Assembly (NCBI RefSeq): GCF_004010195.1
Contig: NC_057757.1
Span: 329,622 to 349,621 of the forward strand
DNA length: 20,000 nt
Direction of reading: 5' to 3'
Source: Chiloscyllium plagiosum
Taxonomy: Eukaryota
Both the position numbers and the translations under genes were made by a program. The first letter of the stretch is position 1. Each line of letters opens with the position of its first letter. This document shows, piece by piece, positions 1 to 10,471 of this stretch. Below the pieces are notes generated by a model. The model was not told where the DNA came from. It made no database searches and was given only the letters and a program-made list of their open reading frames with translations.

Positions 1-692
1 CCGACAGTGCATGCTCCCTCAGCGCTGACCCTCTGACAGTGCGGCGCTCCCTCAGCGCTGACCTTCTGACAGTGTGGCCCTCCCTCAGCGCTGACCCTCT
101 GACAGTGTGGCCCTCCCTCAGGACTGACTCTCCGGCAGTGTGGCACTCCCTCAGGACTGACCCTCCGACAGTGCATGCTCCCTCAGCACTGACCCTCTGA
201 CAGTGCGGCGCTCCCTCAGCGCTGACCCTCCGACAGTGCGGCGCTCTCTCAGCACTGACCCTCCGACAGTGTGGCCCTCCCTCAGCACTGACCTTCCGGC
301 AGTGAGGCATTCACTCAGCACTGACCCTCCGGCAGTGCGTGCTCCTTTAGCACTGACCCTCCGACAGTGCTGCACTCCCTCAGCACTGACTCTCTGACAG
401 TGCGGCGCTCTCTCAGCACTGACTCTCCGACAGTGTGGCCCTCCCTCAGCACTGACCTTCCGGCAGTGAGGCATTCACTCAGCACTGAACCTCCGGCAGT
501 GCGTGCTCCCTTAGCAATGACCCTCCGACAGTGCTGCACTCCCTCAGCACTGACCCTCTGACAGTGCGGCGCTCCCTCAGTGCTGACCCTCCGACAGCAT
601 GGCACTCTCTCAGCACTGAACCTCCGACAGTGCAGCGCTCCCTCAGCACTGACCCTCCGAAAGTGCAGCGCTTCCTCAGCGCCGACCCTCCG
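1..692. repeat. 33-bp minisatellite with a 164-bp (5-mer) higher-order period
   Basis: Unit ~GACAGTGCGGCGCTCCCTCAGCACTGACCCTCC. A 32-bp variant (GTGCRTGCTC) recurs at 7, 171, 335 and 499. The array runs off the left edge of the window. Confidence 0.95.
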
Positions 693-701
693 GTGCTCTC
701 T

Positions 702-1100
702 CATGGGAAATTGTCCCATAGTGTCCTGGGATGTGCAGGTTAGGGTGGCTTGACCATGGGAAATTGTCCCATAGTGTCCAGGGATGTGCAGGTTAGGGTG
801 GCTTGACCATGGGAAATTGTCCCATAGTGTCCAGGGATGTGCAGGTTAGGGTGGATTGGCCATGGGAAATTTTCCCATAGTGCCCAGGGATGTGCAGGTA
901 AGGGTGGATTGGCCATGGGAAATTGTCCCATAGTGCCCAGGGATGTGCAGGTNNNNNNNNNNNNNNNNNNNNNNNNNNNNNNNNNNNNNNNNNNNNNNNN
1001 NNNNNNNNNNNNNNNNNNNNNNNNNNNNNNNNNNNNNNNNNNNNNNNNNNNNNNNNNNNNNNNNNNNNNNNNNNNNNNNNNNGGATTGGCCATGGGAAAT
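702..1100 (+). repeat. 53-bp minisatellite derived from an internal HE1 SINE segment (spans the N gap)
   Basis: Unit CATGGGAAATTGTCCCATAGTGTCCAGGGATGTGCAGGTTAGGGTGGATTGGC starts at 702, 755, 808, 861, 914 and 1091. It is similar to 16047-16091 of the intact SINE copy. Confidence 0.92.
953..1082. other. Assembly gap (130 N)
   Basis: Run of N inside the 53-bp array. Confidence 1.
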
Positions 1101-1355
1101 GCAGGGTTATGTGTAAAGAGTAGGTTGGGGGGGGGGGGGTTGTGGAGGATCTGGGTGAGTTGCTTTTTGGAGGGTTGGTGTGGATTTGATGGGCCAAATG
1201 GCTTTCTTCCACACGGTAGGGATGCTATGGTTAAAACTTTTCGATTACAGTAAATACTGATTTTCTTCTGAATGGTAAAATCCTAGTGTGTACTCTCTTA
1301 ACCTGAGTTAGTCAGGTGGGGTAAAGTTGTGGTGACTCCAGGAAGAGCGGGGTTG
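1101..1355 (+). repeat. Inner part of the left arm of an inverted duplication (HE1 3' tail to ~1230 plus ~127 bp flank)
   Basis: Reverse complement of 2484-2744. 1229-1355 versus 2484-2610 shows 6 substitutions in 127 bp by manual alignment. Confidence 0.93.
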
Positions 1356-2483
1356 TAATCTTGGAGCATGACCAGTCATCTCTGACTCTGAGCGGAGTGA
1401 TGTTCAGGGACCGCCCTTCAGAAATGCTTTGTTGGGTTGAGAACAACTTAGTTAATACTGCTGCTAACTCACAACCCTCTCAAGTGAAGTTAGACACCTT
1501 GAACTCAGTCTTAAATCATTTGCACCTTATCATGAGAGTATTCCCCAGTTTCTAAACCTCCAGCCAGGGGTATCGGTCTCCCAGCCTCAAATCTTTGAAA
1601 CCCCTCGATAAATGCTGTCTTTCACTAAGATCACCTATCACAACCTAATGCACTCAAACCTCCCTGGTGAATGTTCTCATGATCCTATGTTACACTAGCA
1701 TCAGTGCAAGTATACCCTTGCTCAGGAGTGAGGGTCTACTGGCACCATCACAACATCCCTACTTCTGTGACAGGAGGTCTGAACTCAACTCTCACCCAAT
1801 GCAGAAGTGTGTCGCATAACTGAACTGCCAGTTTGAAAAGACCTCTGCCTAAGAGATTAAAACTGTACTCGAGCTGCATTCTCCGTGAGAGCCAATACAA
1901 TCGCAGGCATTCCAATTCCTTTGTGATGAAGACTAACATACAATTTTAATGTGAATTATTTGCTGCACCGGTATTTTAACAGTTTATGATTCCTTTCAGA
2001 AAGGCATGTTTTCTTAATCTCTTGACATTTCAAGTCGCTCCTGTCTTCTCACTCTCCGTCCGAAGCAGTGTGACCCAGTATTGTCGAGGTGATCTCAAAC
2101 AGATCGACATGCTCCCGACATGGCCCATCGCAGCCACGGCCCTTTCCCAGATAGTTCAGAGAAGGTAGTGGTGAGCTGTATTCTCAAACAGCTGCAGTCC
2201 ATGTGGTGTAGAGACAACCTTGTCTTCTACTGAACTTCTGAGGCCGTCCCTCAGGATTGATGAGGCGAACTATCCTCTGCTCCGAGGAAAGGTAATTGAA
2301 CAGTCTCCGACTGGTCTAAGAAACCCTGTCACGGGAGCAACAAGTGGCGAATGCTGAGGAGGTCACACGGAAGGTCCAGGTAGTCACAAGAGCTTCCGGT
2401 GTCTATGGCTGGCCTCTAGCTGGACCTATTTGAGGTGCTTGAACTGGCAACAGCCTGCCCCCTGGGGGTGGTGCACTGAAAAT

Positions 2484-2610
2484 CAGCCCCACTCTTCCTG
2501 GAGTCACCACAACTTTACCCCACCTGACTAACTCAGGTTAAGAGAATACGCACTAGGATTTTACCATTCAGAAGAAAATCAGTATTTACTGCAATTGAAA
2601 AGTTTTAACC
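2484..2610 (-). repeat. Non-SINE part of the right arm of the inverted duplication
   Basis: Reverse complement of 1229-1355. Confidence 0.93.
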
Positions 2611-3394
2611 ATAGAATCCCTACCGTGTGGAAGAAAGCCATTTGGCCCATCAAGTCCACACCAACCCTCTAAAAAGCAACTCGCCCAGATCCTCCACCAC
2701 CTCCCCCCCCCACCCCAACCTCCCCTTTACCCATAACCCTGCATATCCCATGGCCAATCTGCCCTAACCTACACATCCCTGGACACTATGAGACAATTTC
2801 CCATGGCCAATCCACCGTAAACTGCACATCCCTGGACACTATGGGACAATTTCCCATGGCCAATCCACCAAAACCTGCACATTCCTGAGCACTATGGAAC
2901 AATTTCCCATGGTCAATCCACCCTAACCTGCACATCCCTGGCCACTATGGGACAATTTCCCTTGGCCAATCCACCCCAAACTGCACATCCTTGGACACTA
3001 TGGAACAATTTCCCATGGCCAATCCACCCTAACCTGCACATCCCTGGACACTATGGGACAATTTCCCATGGCCAATCCACCTGAACCTGCACATCCCTGG
3101 ACACTATGGGACAATTTCCCATGGCCAATCCACCCGATCCTGCACATCCCTGGACACTATGGGACAATTTCCCATGGCCAACCCACCCTAACCTGCACAT
3201 CCCTGGGCACTATGGGACAATTTCCCATGGCCAACCCACCCTAAACCGCACACCTTTAGACTATGGGAGGAAACCGGAGCACCCAGAGGGAGCCCATGCA
3301 GATACTGGGAGAATGTGCAAACTCCATATTGACAGTCACCTGAGTCTGGAATTGAACCCAGGTCCCTGGCGCTGTGAGGCAGCAGTGCTAACCA
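2610..3394 (-). mobile_element. HE1-type V-SINE with an internally amplified 53-bp array (~9.5 units, 2745-3250); tRNA head slightly 5'-truncated
   Basis: The minus strand reads TGGTTAGCACTGCTGCCTCACAGCGCCAGGGACCTGGGTTCAATTCC (tRNA-like A/B boxes), then the V-domain, the array and a CR1-like tail. Homologous to 15886-16198. Confidence 0.9.
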
Positions 3395-3482
3395 ATCAAA
3401 AGCAATAAGGAAGCATGATTTGCTAATCTATAACTCTACAATTGAAACCTTACTCTTTTGTAAAATGTAGCCATACACAATC

Positions 3483-4130
3483 TGTTATGTACTAGGCCAG
3501 ACTGCTCACAACATTCTTAAGCAGGCAGCCCAGACCATAACTTTGCAATTTGCTTCAGTAAGTCTACAGTGAAAATTACTCCGAGTAAGTTAGTTAGGAT
3601 GTCTATTAGATTTTAAATCAGACAAAAATTTATCATAAAATTACACAATGAAACACAAAGAACAGAATAAAGAGCCCCCGCAGAACGTATCCACCTAGAC
3701 TTAATTATGATGTTCCGAATATACTCAACAGTCCCAATAAGCAAACCCCCTTTAAAAACCAGTACAAATGGAACACATGCTTATAGGTTGGAGTTGAAGG
3801 GCAGTAAAGACAGACAGAGAGAGAGTTTCCACACAGCTCTCTGTTGAACTTCCAACCAGTTCAAAACTGAACTAAAACTGCTCAGCTCAGCTAGAGAGCT
3901 GACCACTTCCCTCTCTTTATACAGGTCACTTCTAAAGCATGACCACTTTGGCCTGAAATCTCACCAGTTTTATATATAAACAAAACACCTCTTAAAATCC
4001 TTTTCATCTGTACCAAACCAGACTGATTGGAGCCCGGCCTAGTTTATTATACCTCCGAAAAAATTCAAGGACAGAGTCTCCCTGAGCCAAGGAATAGCTT
4101 TTAGAAAAAAAAGGGACTAGCTTTATGACA
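3483..4130 (-). mobile_element. Solo LTR-like element (648 bp)
   Basis: Termini TGTTAT...ATGACA form an imperfect TG..CA inverted end. A TATA-like TATAAAG lies on the minus strand near 3915-3921. No coding capacity. The TSD is not convincing (CAATC/CAAAG). Confidence 0.6.
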
Positions 4131-4732
4131 CAAAGAAACACGCAAAGAAACAAGACAAGACACCAATATAATTGGTGTGGAAGGCAGGAGAGGAGGAGAT
4201 GGATGGAACAAAATATGTCAGAGGAGCACACTGCTGGCACCAGTCCAGATGACAGACCATGAGGAGATGTTTCACATCAGTTCCTTTTGATGCTTTTGAC
4301 TCTTTAAGGAGGACACAATGTTGTGGAGACTTTGATTCTCAGTCTTTCATCCACTAGTTAAGGATTTGCCCTTTCATTGTCTTTGAGGTGTCTTTTTTTG
4401 CTTCTTTTCCAACTGATGGTGGGGATGGGGTGGGGGGGGAGCTTAGAGAGAGTCTTGTACATGAAAATGGTGAGTAAGAGAACTCCCAAGGCAGTTTCTC
4501 TGCACTGGAGGAAGAGACACACACTTAGATGCTTTCTCTTTCTTGGGCCATGTTTCTGTCTAATCGTAACTGTAGCCACACACCCAGGATCCAATCAAGA
4601 CATTGTTACTATGCTGACCACTCCTCAACACATACACACACTGGTCCCAGTGGAAAACCCAGGAACAGACTGTCTGGGTAAAATGGTCCTGAACACATAC
4701 CCACATAGCCAGCATTTCCACTATCCACCTAG

Positions 4733-4842
4733 ATACACACACACACACCCACACCCACTGACAACACACTCACCCACACACCCCTACCCACACACAAACA
4801 GCCACACTCCATCCCCCTTCCCCCTCACCCCCTACACACACC
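4733..4842. repeat. CA/C-rich low-complexity tract
   Basis: (CA)n and CCCACAC-type runs. Confidence 0.85.
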
Positions 4843-5289
4843 TTGAATAAGGAAACATTCCACGTACAACTCAATGAGTTCTAGCAACATCCTCCTCCAG
4901 TTTCCTTGGTTCAAAGGAAATTATCCCAATTTTTCATCCACAATTCCAAGAAATTAAAGTGGCCTTTTCAGTCAGAACTTCTGTACATTTTCTCCAGTTC
5001 AGACGGCCCACTGACAGAGGTTCCCATGAGTTGATGGGATGCTTGGATTTTCTCAGAGAGGCATTCAGGACCTCCTCAAAGCCTCCCTGGTAATTGCTAC
5101 CCCTTACAAAGCCTGGAGGAGTTGCCCTTGTTTTTGAAGATGAGAGCCAGGCCTGCAGACAATGTGGCTTTCCCAGTCAAGCTCCCTGACTGCAACCAAG
5201 AACTCAACGCTGAGGATGTAGGCCAGCGAGACTGGGGCACTTAGCCGGCCACAGGATTTGCAAAGTTTTGCAGGGGTGTCTGTCAATTA

Positions 5290-5525
5290 GAAGTCTCCTT
5301 GAAACGGGGGCAGGCATTGTCGATGAAATTCAACATCGCCTCCAGCTTGCCAGCACAATGTCTGGCCATCTAAATAACAGTGTGTTTGATGATGAAGGAC
5401 TCAAAATTAACGCCACGTTCAGGGGCCGCAGTTTCATCAGGTCTTCTGTCTGCACAGGTGACCTGGTTTTCTCAAATTTCTGGAGAAATGTCACCAGGCC
5501 AAAATGCTGCAAATCTTCTGGCAGG
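5290..5525 (+). mobile_element. Degenerate RTE-clade LINE ORF2 fragment
   Basis: Translates IVDEIQHRLQLASTMSGHLNNSVFDDEGLKINAT, resembling the RTE motif IDxEIxxRLxxASxAFGRLxxxVF, followed by an LQIFWQ-like motif. Confidence 0.7.
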
Positions 5526-5526
5526 G

Positions 5527-5790
5527 TCACTCCCAATGCTAGGGAGGGAATCCCAGGATTCTGACCCAGCCACATTGAAGGAACGGCGATATATTTCCAA
5601 GTTGGGATGGTGAGGGGCTCGGAGGGGAACTTGCAGGGGGTGGTGTTCCCATGTATCTGCTGCCCCTTGTCCTTCTAGAGGGAAGCAGTCATGGGTTTGG
5701 AAGGAGCTATCTGAGGAATGTCAGTGAATTTCCGCAGTGCATCTTGTGGATGGTGCACACTTCCGCTACTGAGCACAGAGAAGTGAATGT
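5527..5790 (-). mobile_element. CR1/L2-group LINE ORF2 C-terminal fragment
   Basis: The minus strand encodes SVAEVCTIHKMHCGNS..LPNP..LPSRRTR.. and YRRSFNVAGSESWDSLP, with stops and frameshifts. A likely related piece lies at ~2150-2218. Confidence 0.65.
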
Positions 5791-5996
5791 TGAAGGAGAG
5801 GGAAGAGAAAAATATGTGAAAGGTGGAAAGAGAAGCACAGGTTCCTGTGTGCTGTGAGAATAATTGTAGCCATATGCTCAGTCAGCTGAATGAATCACTT
5901 TGCTCTGAATGCAGTTACACAGCAATGGGTTAAACAGGCGAAGTGCTCAAATGTTCTGGCTCCAGCATTCCTCAGCTCTGTATCCCATTCCCATCA

Positions 5997-6165
5997 GGAG
6001 AAAGTGAGGACTGCAGATGCTGGAGATCAGAGTCGAGAGTGTGGTGCTGGAAAAGCATGGTGGTCAGGCAGCATTCTGATGAAGGGCTTTTGTCCGAAAC
6101 ATCGATTCTCCTGCTCCTCGGATGCTGCCTGACCTGCTGTGCTTTTCCAGCCCCACACTCTCGAC
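5997..6165. mobile_element. Penelope-like element terminus in inverted (fold-back) arrangement
   Basis: Matches the 3' terminus of the GIY-YIG element at 17213-17345. Arms 6032-6075 and 6121-6165 are reverse complements. Confidence 0.85.
6072..6107 (+). ncRNA. Minimal hammerhead-ribozyme-like motif (PLE type), probably impaired
   Basis: CTGATGA(6076-6082)-A-GGGC-TTTT-GTCC-GAAAC-ATC. The core boxes and stem II are present. The sister copy at 6948 has GAAAC-GTC. Confidence 0.65.
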
Positions 6166-6288
6166 CCCGTCCCCATTCCTTACTTTGAAACAGCCAGAAC
6201 TCCATCAACTGTAAAACCAACAACCACAGGTCCCGAGAACCAACACGTCAGAGCCCTCAACCAAAGGATGAGGGCAGCAGGTGCCTAC

Positions 6289-6362
6289 CTTGAGAGGACA
6301 TTTCTTGGGGTAGCATGGCACTGGCTGATTGTCCAGCGACACCTCATAGAACTGCTGAATAT
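6289..6362 (-). CDS. dlg4: DLG-family MAGUK exon, end of L27 domain: (D)IQQFYEVSLDNQPVPCYPKKCPLK
   Basis: tgtgtctttttcaaacag|AT ATT CAG...CTC AAG|gtaggc; 74 nt, phase 1 to 0. It joins the 13858 exon to give FQALL-D-IQQFYEVSL (compare DLG1 FQALIDIQEFYEVTL and PSD-95beta FQALLDILDYYEASL). Confidence 0.85.
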
Positions 6363-6439
6363 CTGTTTGAAAAAGACACAAGGTTTTAGTGTCACAAAGA
6401 CACAAAGGTGCAAAGGCCATTTTAAAACAAAATGTGTTA

Positions 6440-7092
6440 GCCTACTGCTGCAGGAAGGATATTATTAAATTGGAGAGGGTTCAGAAAGGATTTGCCAAGA
6501 TGTTGCCAGCAATGGAGGTTTGGAGTTATAAGGGGAGGCTGGATAAGGCTGTGAGTTTTTTCACCAGAGTGTAGGAGGTTGAAGCATGACCTTATAGAGG
6601 TCTATAAAATCATAGGGTATCGATAAGGTGAATACAGCAGGGGTCTTTTCCCTGGAGTGGGGGAGCTCAAAGATCAGGGACATAATTTTAAAGTGAGAGG
6701 AGGAAGCTTTAAAAAGGACTTGAGGGATAACTTTTTCTACAGAGAGTGGTTCGTGTATGGAATGAATTGTCAGAGGATGTGGGTACAGTTACAATGTTCA
6801 AAAGACATTTGGATAAGTACATGAATAGGAAAGGTTTTGAGGGATATGGGCAAAAGTGAGGACTGCAGATGCTGGAAACCAGAGTTTAGATTAGAGTGGT
6901 GCTGGAAAACCACAGCAGGTCAGGCAGCATCCGGGGAGCAGGAAAATCGACGTTTCGGGCAAAAGCCCTTCATCCTTCGAGGGATATGGGCCAAGTGCAG
7001 GCAGGTGGACTAGTTTAGTTTGGGAACATGTTCGGTTCAGACTGATTGGGCCAAAGGGTCTGTTACTGTACTGTAGGACTCTGTGACTCTAT
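6440..7092 (+). mobile_element. CR1/HER1 LINE 3' fragment, interrupted by a PLE insert
   Basis: Encodes RKDIIKLERVQKGFAKMLP and DLIEVYKII, followed by the 3' UTR and a GACTCT-type tail. Confidence 0.9.
6852..6975 (-). mobile_element. 124-bp Penelope-like terminus inserted with a target-site duplication
   Basis: GAGGGATATGGGC at 6839-6851 and 6979-6991 (15/16 if extended to 6836/6976). It contains GATGAAGGGCTTTTGCCCGAAACGTC on the minus strand. Confidence 0.88.
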
Positions 7093-7097
7093 TTTAC

Positions 7098-7206
7098 AAA
7101 TCAATCTGTTCAGAGATGTTATGACACACCTCTGGAGCAGGGAGCAGTTGAACCCAGGCCTTCTAATCCAAGGATAGGGACAGCACCATGGTACCACAAG
7201 AGGGCC
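7098..7206 (-). mobile_element. Short tRNA-derived SINE-like element
   Basis: Minus strand GGCCCTCTTGTGGTACCATGGT...GGGTTCAACT has degenerate A/B boxes but no valid cloverleaf. Confidence 0.55.
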
Positions 7207-7314
7207 ATGGGTACAATGGTCATGTTTTACATTGTGACACAGTTAAAAGACACCGGCACTAGGAAATTGCCCATGTCGTTAATGAAACATTAACAAGCAA
7301 AGGGCAATGTGATC

Positions 7315-9495
7315 AACTAAAAAGTGAGGGGCAGGGTTGGGGGGGAAAGAGTGATTAAATCAAAATTGAATTGGAGGGGGAAATACAGCAGCACGCCCCC
7401 CCCCCCCCCCTTGATGCCCACCTCTCCCGAAAGGTACTGAGAGCACTGTTGGGCACTGCATGCTCCTTCTCCAAGGACACATTGGGCTCAAACTTAACCA
7501 CACAAGACGGGCAGGCATTTGGCAGAAATGATCCCCTCCATGGCCCACTGACTGGGCCTGTTTATAACCAGCCTGACCAGGCCCAGGAAGAGGCCCACCA
7601 GGAGATCCTCCAATCTACCCGCACCCCTCATCAGCAAAGATCAGGAGCGTGGGGCTGAAGTGCAGAAATATAACAGGAAGTTTTTCAAATAGCCAAACAG
7701 GAGATGCAACACCCAAACCCAATGTATACAAGCTCCACGGACTCCAGAGACCGCAAAACCAACAGTTAGGCTGGGAGTCTGTGAGCCACCACAATCTGCA
7801 GTTCATGTGTGCAGCATCCCCCACCCCATGTTCTGAGGGAAAGATGGAGAACGCTGTCATAGAGAGCCTTGCAATGGGGATCCCCACTGCCTGATGGTAA
7901 ATAAGCATGCCAAGGGGTGTTCAGCAGTGTACGTAAGAGTCGAGGTAGATGGTGTACAGCAGTAGAGTGTACAGGGTCCACCGTTTTGTCTCCCTGAAAA
8001 GCACGCAACACATATTCCAGAGGCGACTCAGGTTGTGGGGCACAGTCTCCCTGGGGAGGTACAGGATCTGGGACTAATGTGAGATTCCATCTGGACAGGG
8101 ATACGGCCACTCAGGATTCCACTGCACACCTTCACGACGTTGAGTCTGCATGCTGCTGTTTTAAGGTGTTGGATAACAGTGGTCATGATGTCTACCGCTG
8201 CCCTGCTGGCCAATTCCTGCAGCAGCATCCATTCCACACTCCTACCACCCAGCACGCCCCCCTCGACCCTGGTGACCCTCGCAGCCATGGGCCTCCCATC
8301 CAACAGCCACTCAAACCTGCAAATATGGGGACATGGATTCCTGAGCAATGGATCTCTGACGATAGCCACTACTCCTGCCGGATGATAGTCCCGGTGCAAT
8401 TCGACCATGCCCCAGACAGTGATCAGGTCCTGATAAAAGTCAGGCAGCATCCTGAGGGTGACCTGCAAACCTTCGCGGTCAATAAACAGGAGCTGCGTGT
8501 CGTAGTTGAGGTAACACACCGGATGGAAAAAATATGTCACTAGAATGCACCACCTAGGAGGCGGCTCAGGGTAAAAGCAGTGCTGCAAGGCCTGAGGCTC
8601 ACCAACGACTGACTGCCCTCCTCAAGAGGGAGACTCAGAACCTGTGCCGTGACCCAGTGCATCTTCCTGTCCCAGAAGAAGTCAACCAACATTCTCTGGA
8701 TGTCAGTGACAAAACCAGGAGGAGGGACCAAAGGGACAATCCGGTATCACAGCATGGCAGCCACAGCTGGTTTATGACCAACTCCTGTAAGATAGCACTC
8801 GGAGCAGTCCTGCCCAGCAGCCTAGGACAGCCGAGACTTTGGCCTCGAGCTCCTGCCAGTTCACCAGCGGGGGTTCCTCAGCCAGGCTGAGGTAGACCCC
8901 CAGGTAGAAGAGATGGGTAGTCCTCCAGCTGAACCTCTGTAGTTCCTCCAGCAGAGAGTCCACCCACCACAGGCCGATCAGGAGTCCAGAATATTTGACC
9001 CAGTTGATCCTGGCGGAAGATGCCACCGAGTACACCACCTGGCACTTGTGCGTCCTCTCCAGGTCAGTGAACATAAGGAGCACATCGTCGGCATAAGCCA
9101 ACAGAACTGTTCCAGTGTCCGCACCGTGCAGAACCAGCCCCGACAACTTCCTCCACAGGAGACACTGGAAAGGCTCCACGCACAGGGAATACAGCTGATG
9201 GACAGGGGGCAGCCTTGACGTAACCCTCTCCCAAAGTGAAAGGGCACCGTCAGGGACCCGTTAACTTTAACCAGACACTCTGCGGCGGTGTACAAAGGTC
9301 GGATCCGGACGATGAACTGCGTCCTGAACCTGAATGTCCACAGAATCCAGAGCAGATACTTGTGATTGACCCTATCGAATGCCTTCTCCTAATCAAGTGA
9401 CAGGAAGGCGCTCGGCAGACCAGCCCTCTGGGAAAAATGGATCGTGTGCCGGACCAGATGGATATTGTCATGGATCCTCCAAACCAGGACCACAT
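7315..9495 (-). mobile_element. 5'-truncated, frameshifted Tx1-like (L1 group) LINE ORF2: RT, thumb and C-terminal Cys region
   Basis: Motifs EKAFDRVNH, VKVNGSLT..GRGLRQGCPLS, LLAYADDV, YLGVYL, DFFWDRKMHWV..LSLPLEEG and PNCWFCG, spread across several frames. Confidence 0.9.
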
Positions 9496-9764
9496 CATAA
9501 TGAAACCAGCCCAGTAATCGGAGGCAGCTGGGGGAATTTAAAATTCAATTGATGAAAAGGAAGCTAATGGTTTGCATTGTACACAATCGGCTTGGCTTCT
9601 AAATATTTAATTGGCTACATGAATGATTACTGGTGGTAGTTAATAGATTTAAAAACGTTGTGGTGATTTTAATGTTGGGAAGGTTGCTCAGTTGAACATG
9701 ACAACACTTCTGGCTACAAAAGGGAAACTAAAATGGAAGGTAGTCAATGATGGAATCATTCCAA

Positions 9765-9962
9765 TTCTGGTTCACTAATGTCCTTTTAGGAGGGAAACAT
9801 GCCATCATTATCAGGGCTGGACTACATTTGACTCCAGGCCCACAGCAATAGGGTTGATTTGTAACTGCCCTCTGAACTGACCCAAACAAGCTGATCAGAT
9901 CACAGGAAATTAGACAGGTAATGAAAACTGGCCTTGCCAGCAACACTAAATATCCCATAAAA
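9765..9962 (+). mobile_element. SINE fragment, same family as 12425-12738
   Basis: CTGGTTCACTAATGTCCTTT...GACTCCAGGCCCACAGCAAT..AACTGCCCTCTG is the reverse-complement homolog of 12459-12570. Confidence 0.75.
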
Positions 9963-10052
9963 CAGAACGCAACTTTAATAGTCCTCAATACAGCACAGCT
10001 GTTCATTGGATCCCATGTGGGTCTGGAATCAGCTGGCACTCTGGTCCCTGTC

Positions 10053-10471
10053 AGAGAGTCATAGAGATGTACAGCATGGAAACAGTCCTTCGGTCCAACT
10101 CGTCCATGCTGACCCAATATCCTAATCTAATCTAGTCCCATTTGCCAGCACTTGGCCCATATCCCTCTAAACCCTTCCTATTCATGTCCCCATCCAGATG
10201 CCTTTTAAAAGCTGTAACTGTACCAGCCTCCACCACTTCCTCTGGCAGCTCATTCCATACATGTACCACCCTCTGTGTGAAAAAAGTTGCCACCTGAGTC
10301 CCTTTTATATGTTTCCCCTCTCACCCTAAACCTATGCCCTCGAGTTCTGGATTCCCCACCTCAGGGAAAATACTTTGTCTATTTACCCTATCCCTGCCCC
10401 TCCTGATTTTATAAACCTCTATAAGGTCACCCCTCAGCCTCTGACACTCCAGTGAAATCAACCCCAGCTTG
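10053..10471 (-). mobile_element. CR1/HER1 LINE 3' fragment
   Basis: Encodes KLGLISLECQRLRGDLIEVYKI..DRVN, followed by the 3' UTR and a TCTATGACTCT tail. Confidence 0.9.

Noticed and set aside
151..1253. Repetitive ORFs in the 33-bp and 53-bp arrays
   Set aside because: By-products of tandem repeats and the N gap; no splice or domain support.
1960..1977. DLG KYRYQDED exon (minus strand reads KYRCSK)
   Set aside because: No AG acceptor and similarity stops after three residues. No alpha-isoform MDCLC exon was found in the window either.
735..3245. Interstitial telomere (TTAGGG/CCCTAA)
   Set aside because: Only one hexamer per 53-bp unit and never tandem.
702..3250. CRISPR-like array (palindromic repeat units)
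   Set aside because: Units are contiguous with no unique spacers, derive from a SINE, and there are no cas genes.
4358..4850. ORFs of 157, 78 and 69 aa, including Cys-rich starts
   Set aside because: Largely low-complexity CA/TG sequence with no match to palmitoylated DLG alpha N-termini.
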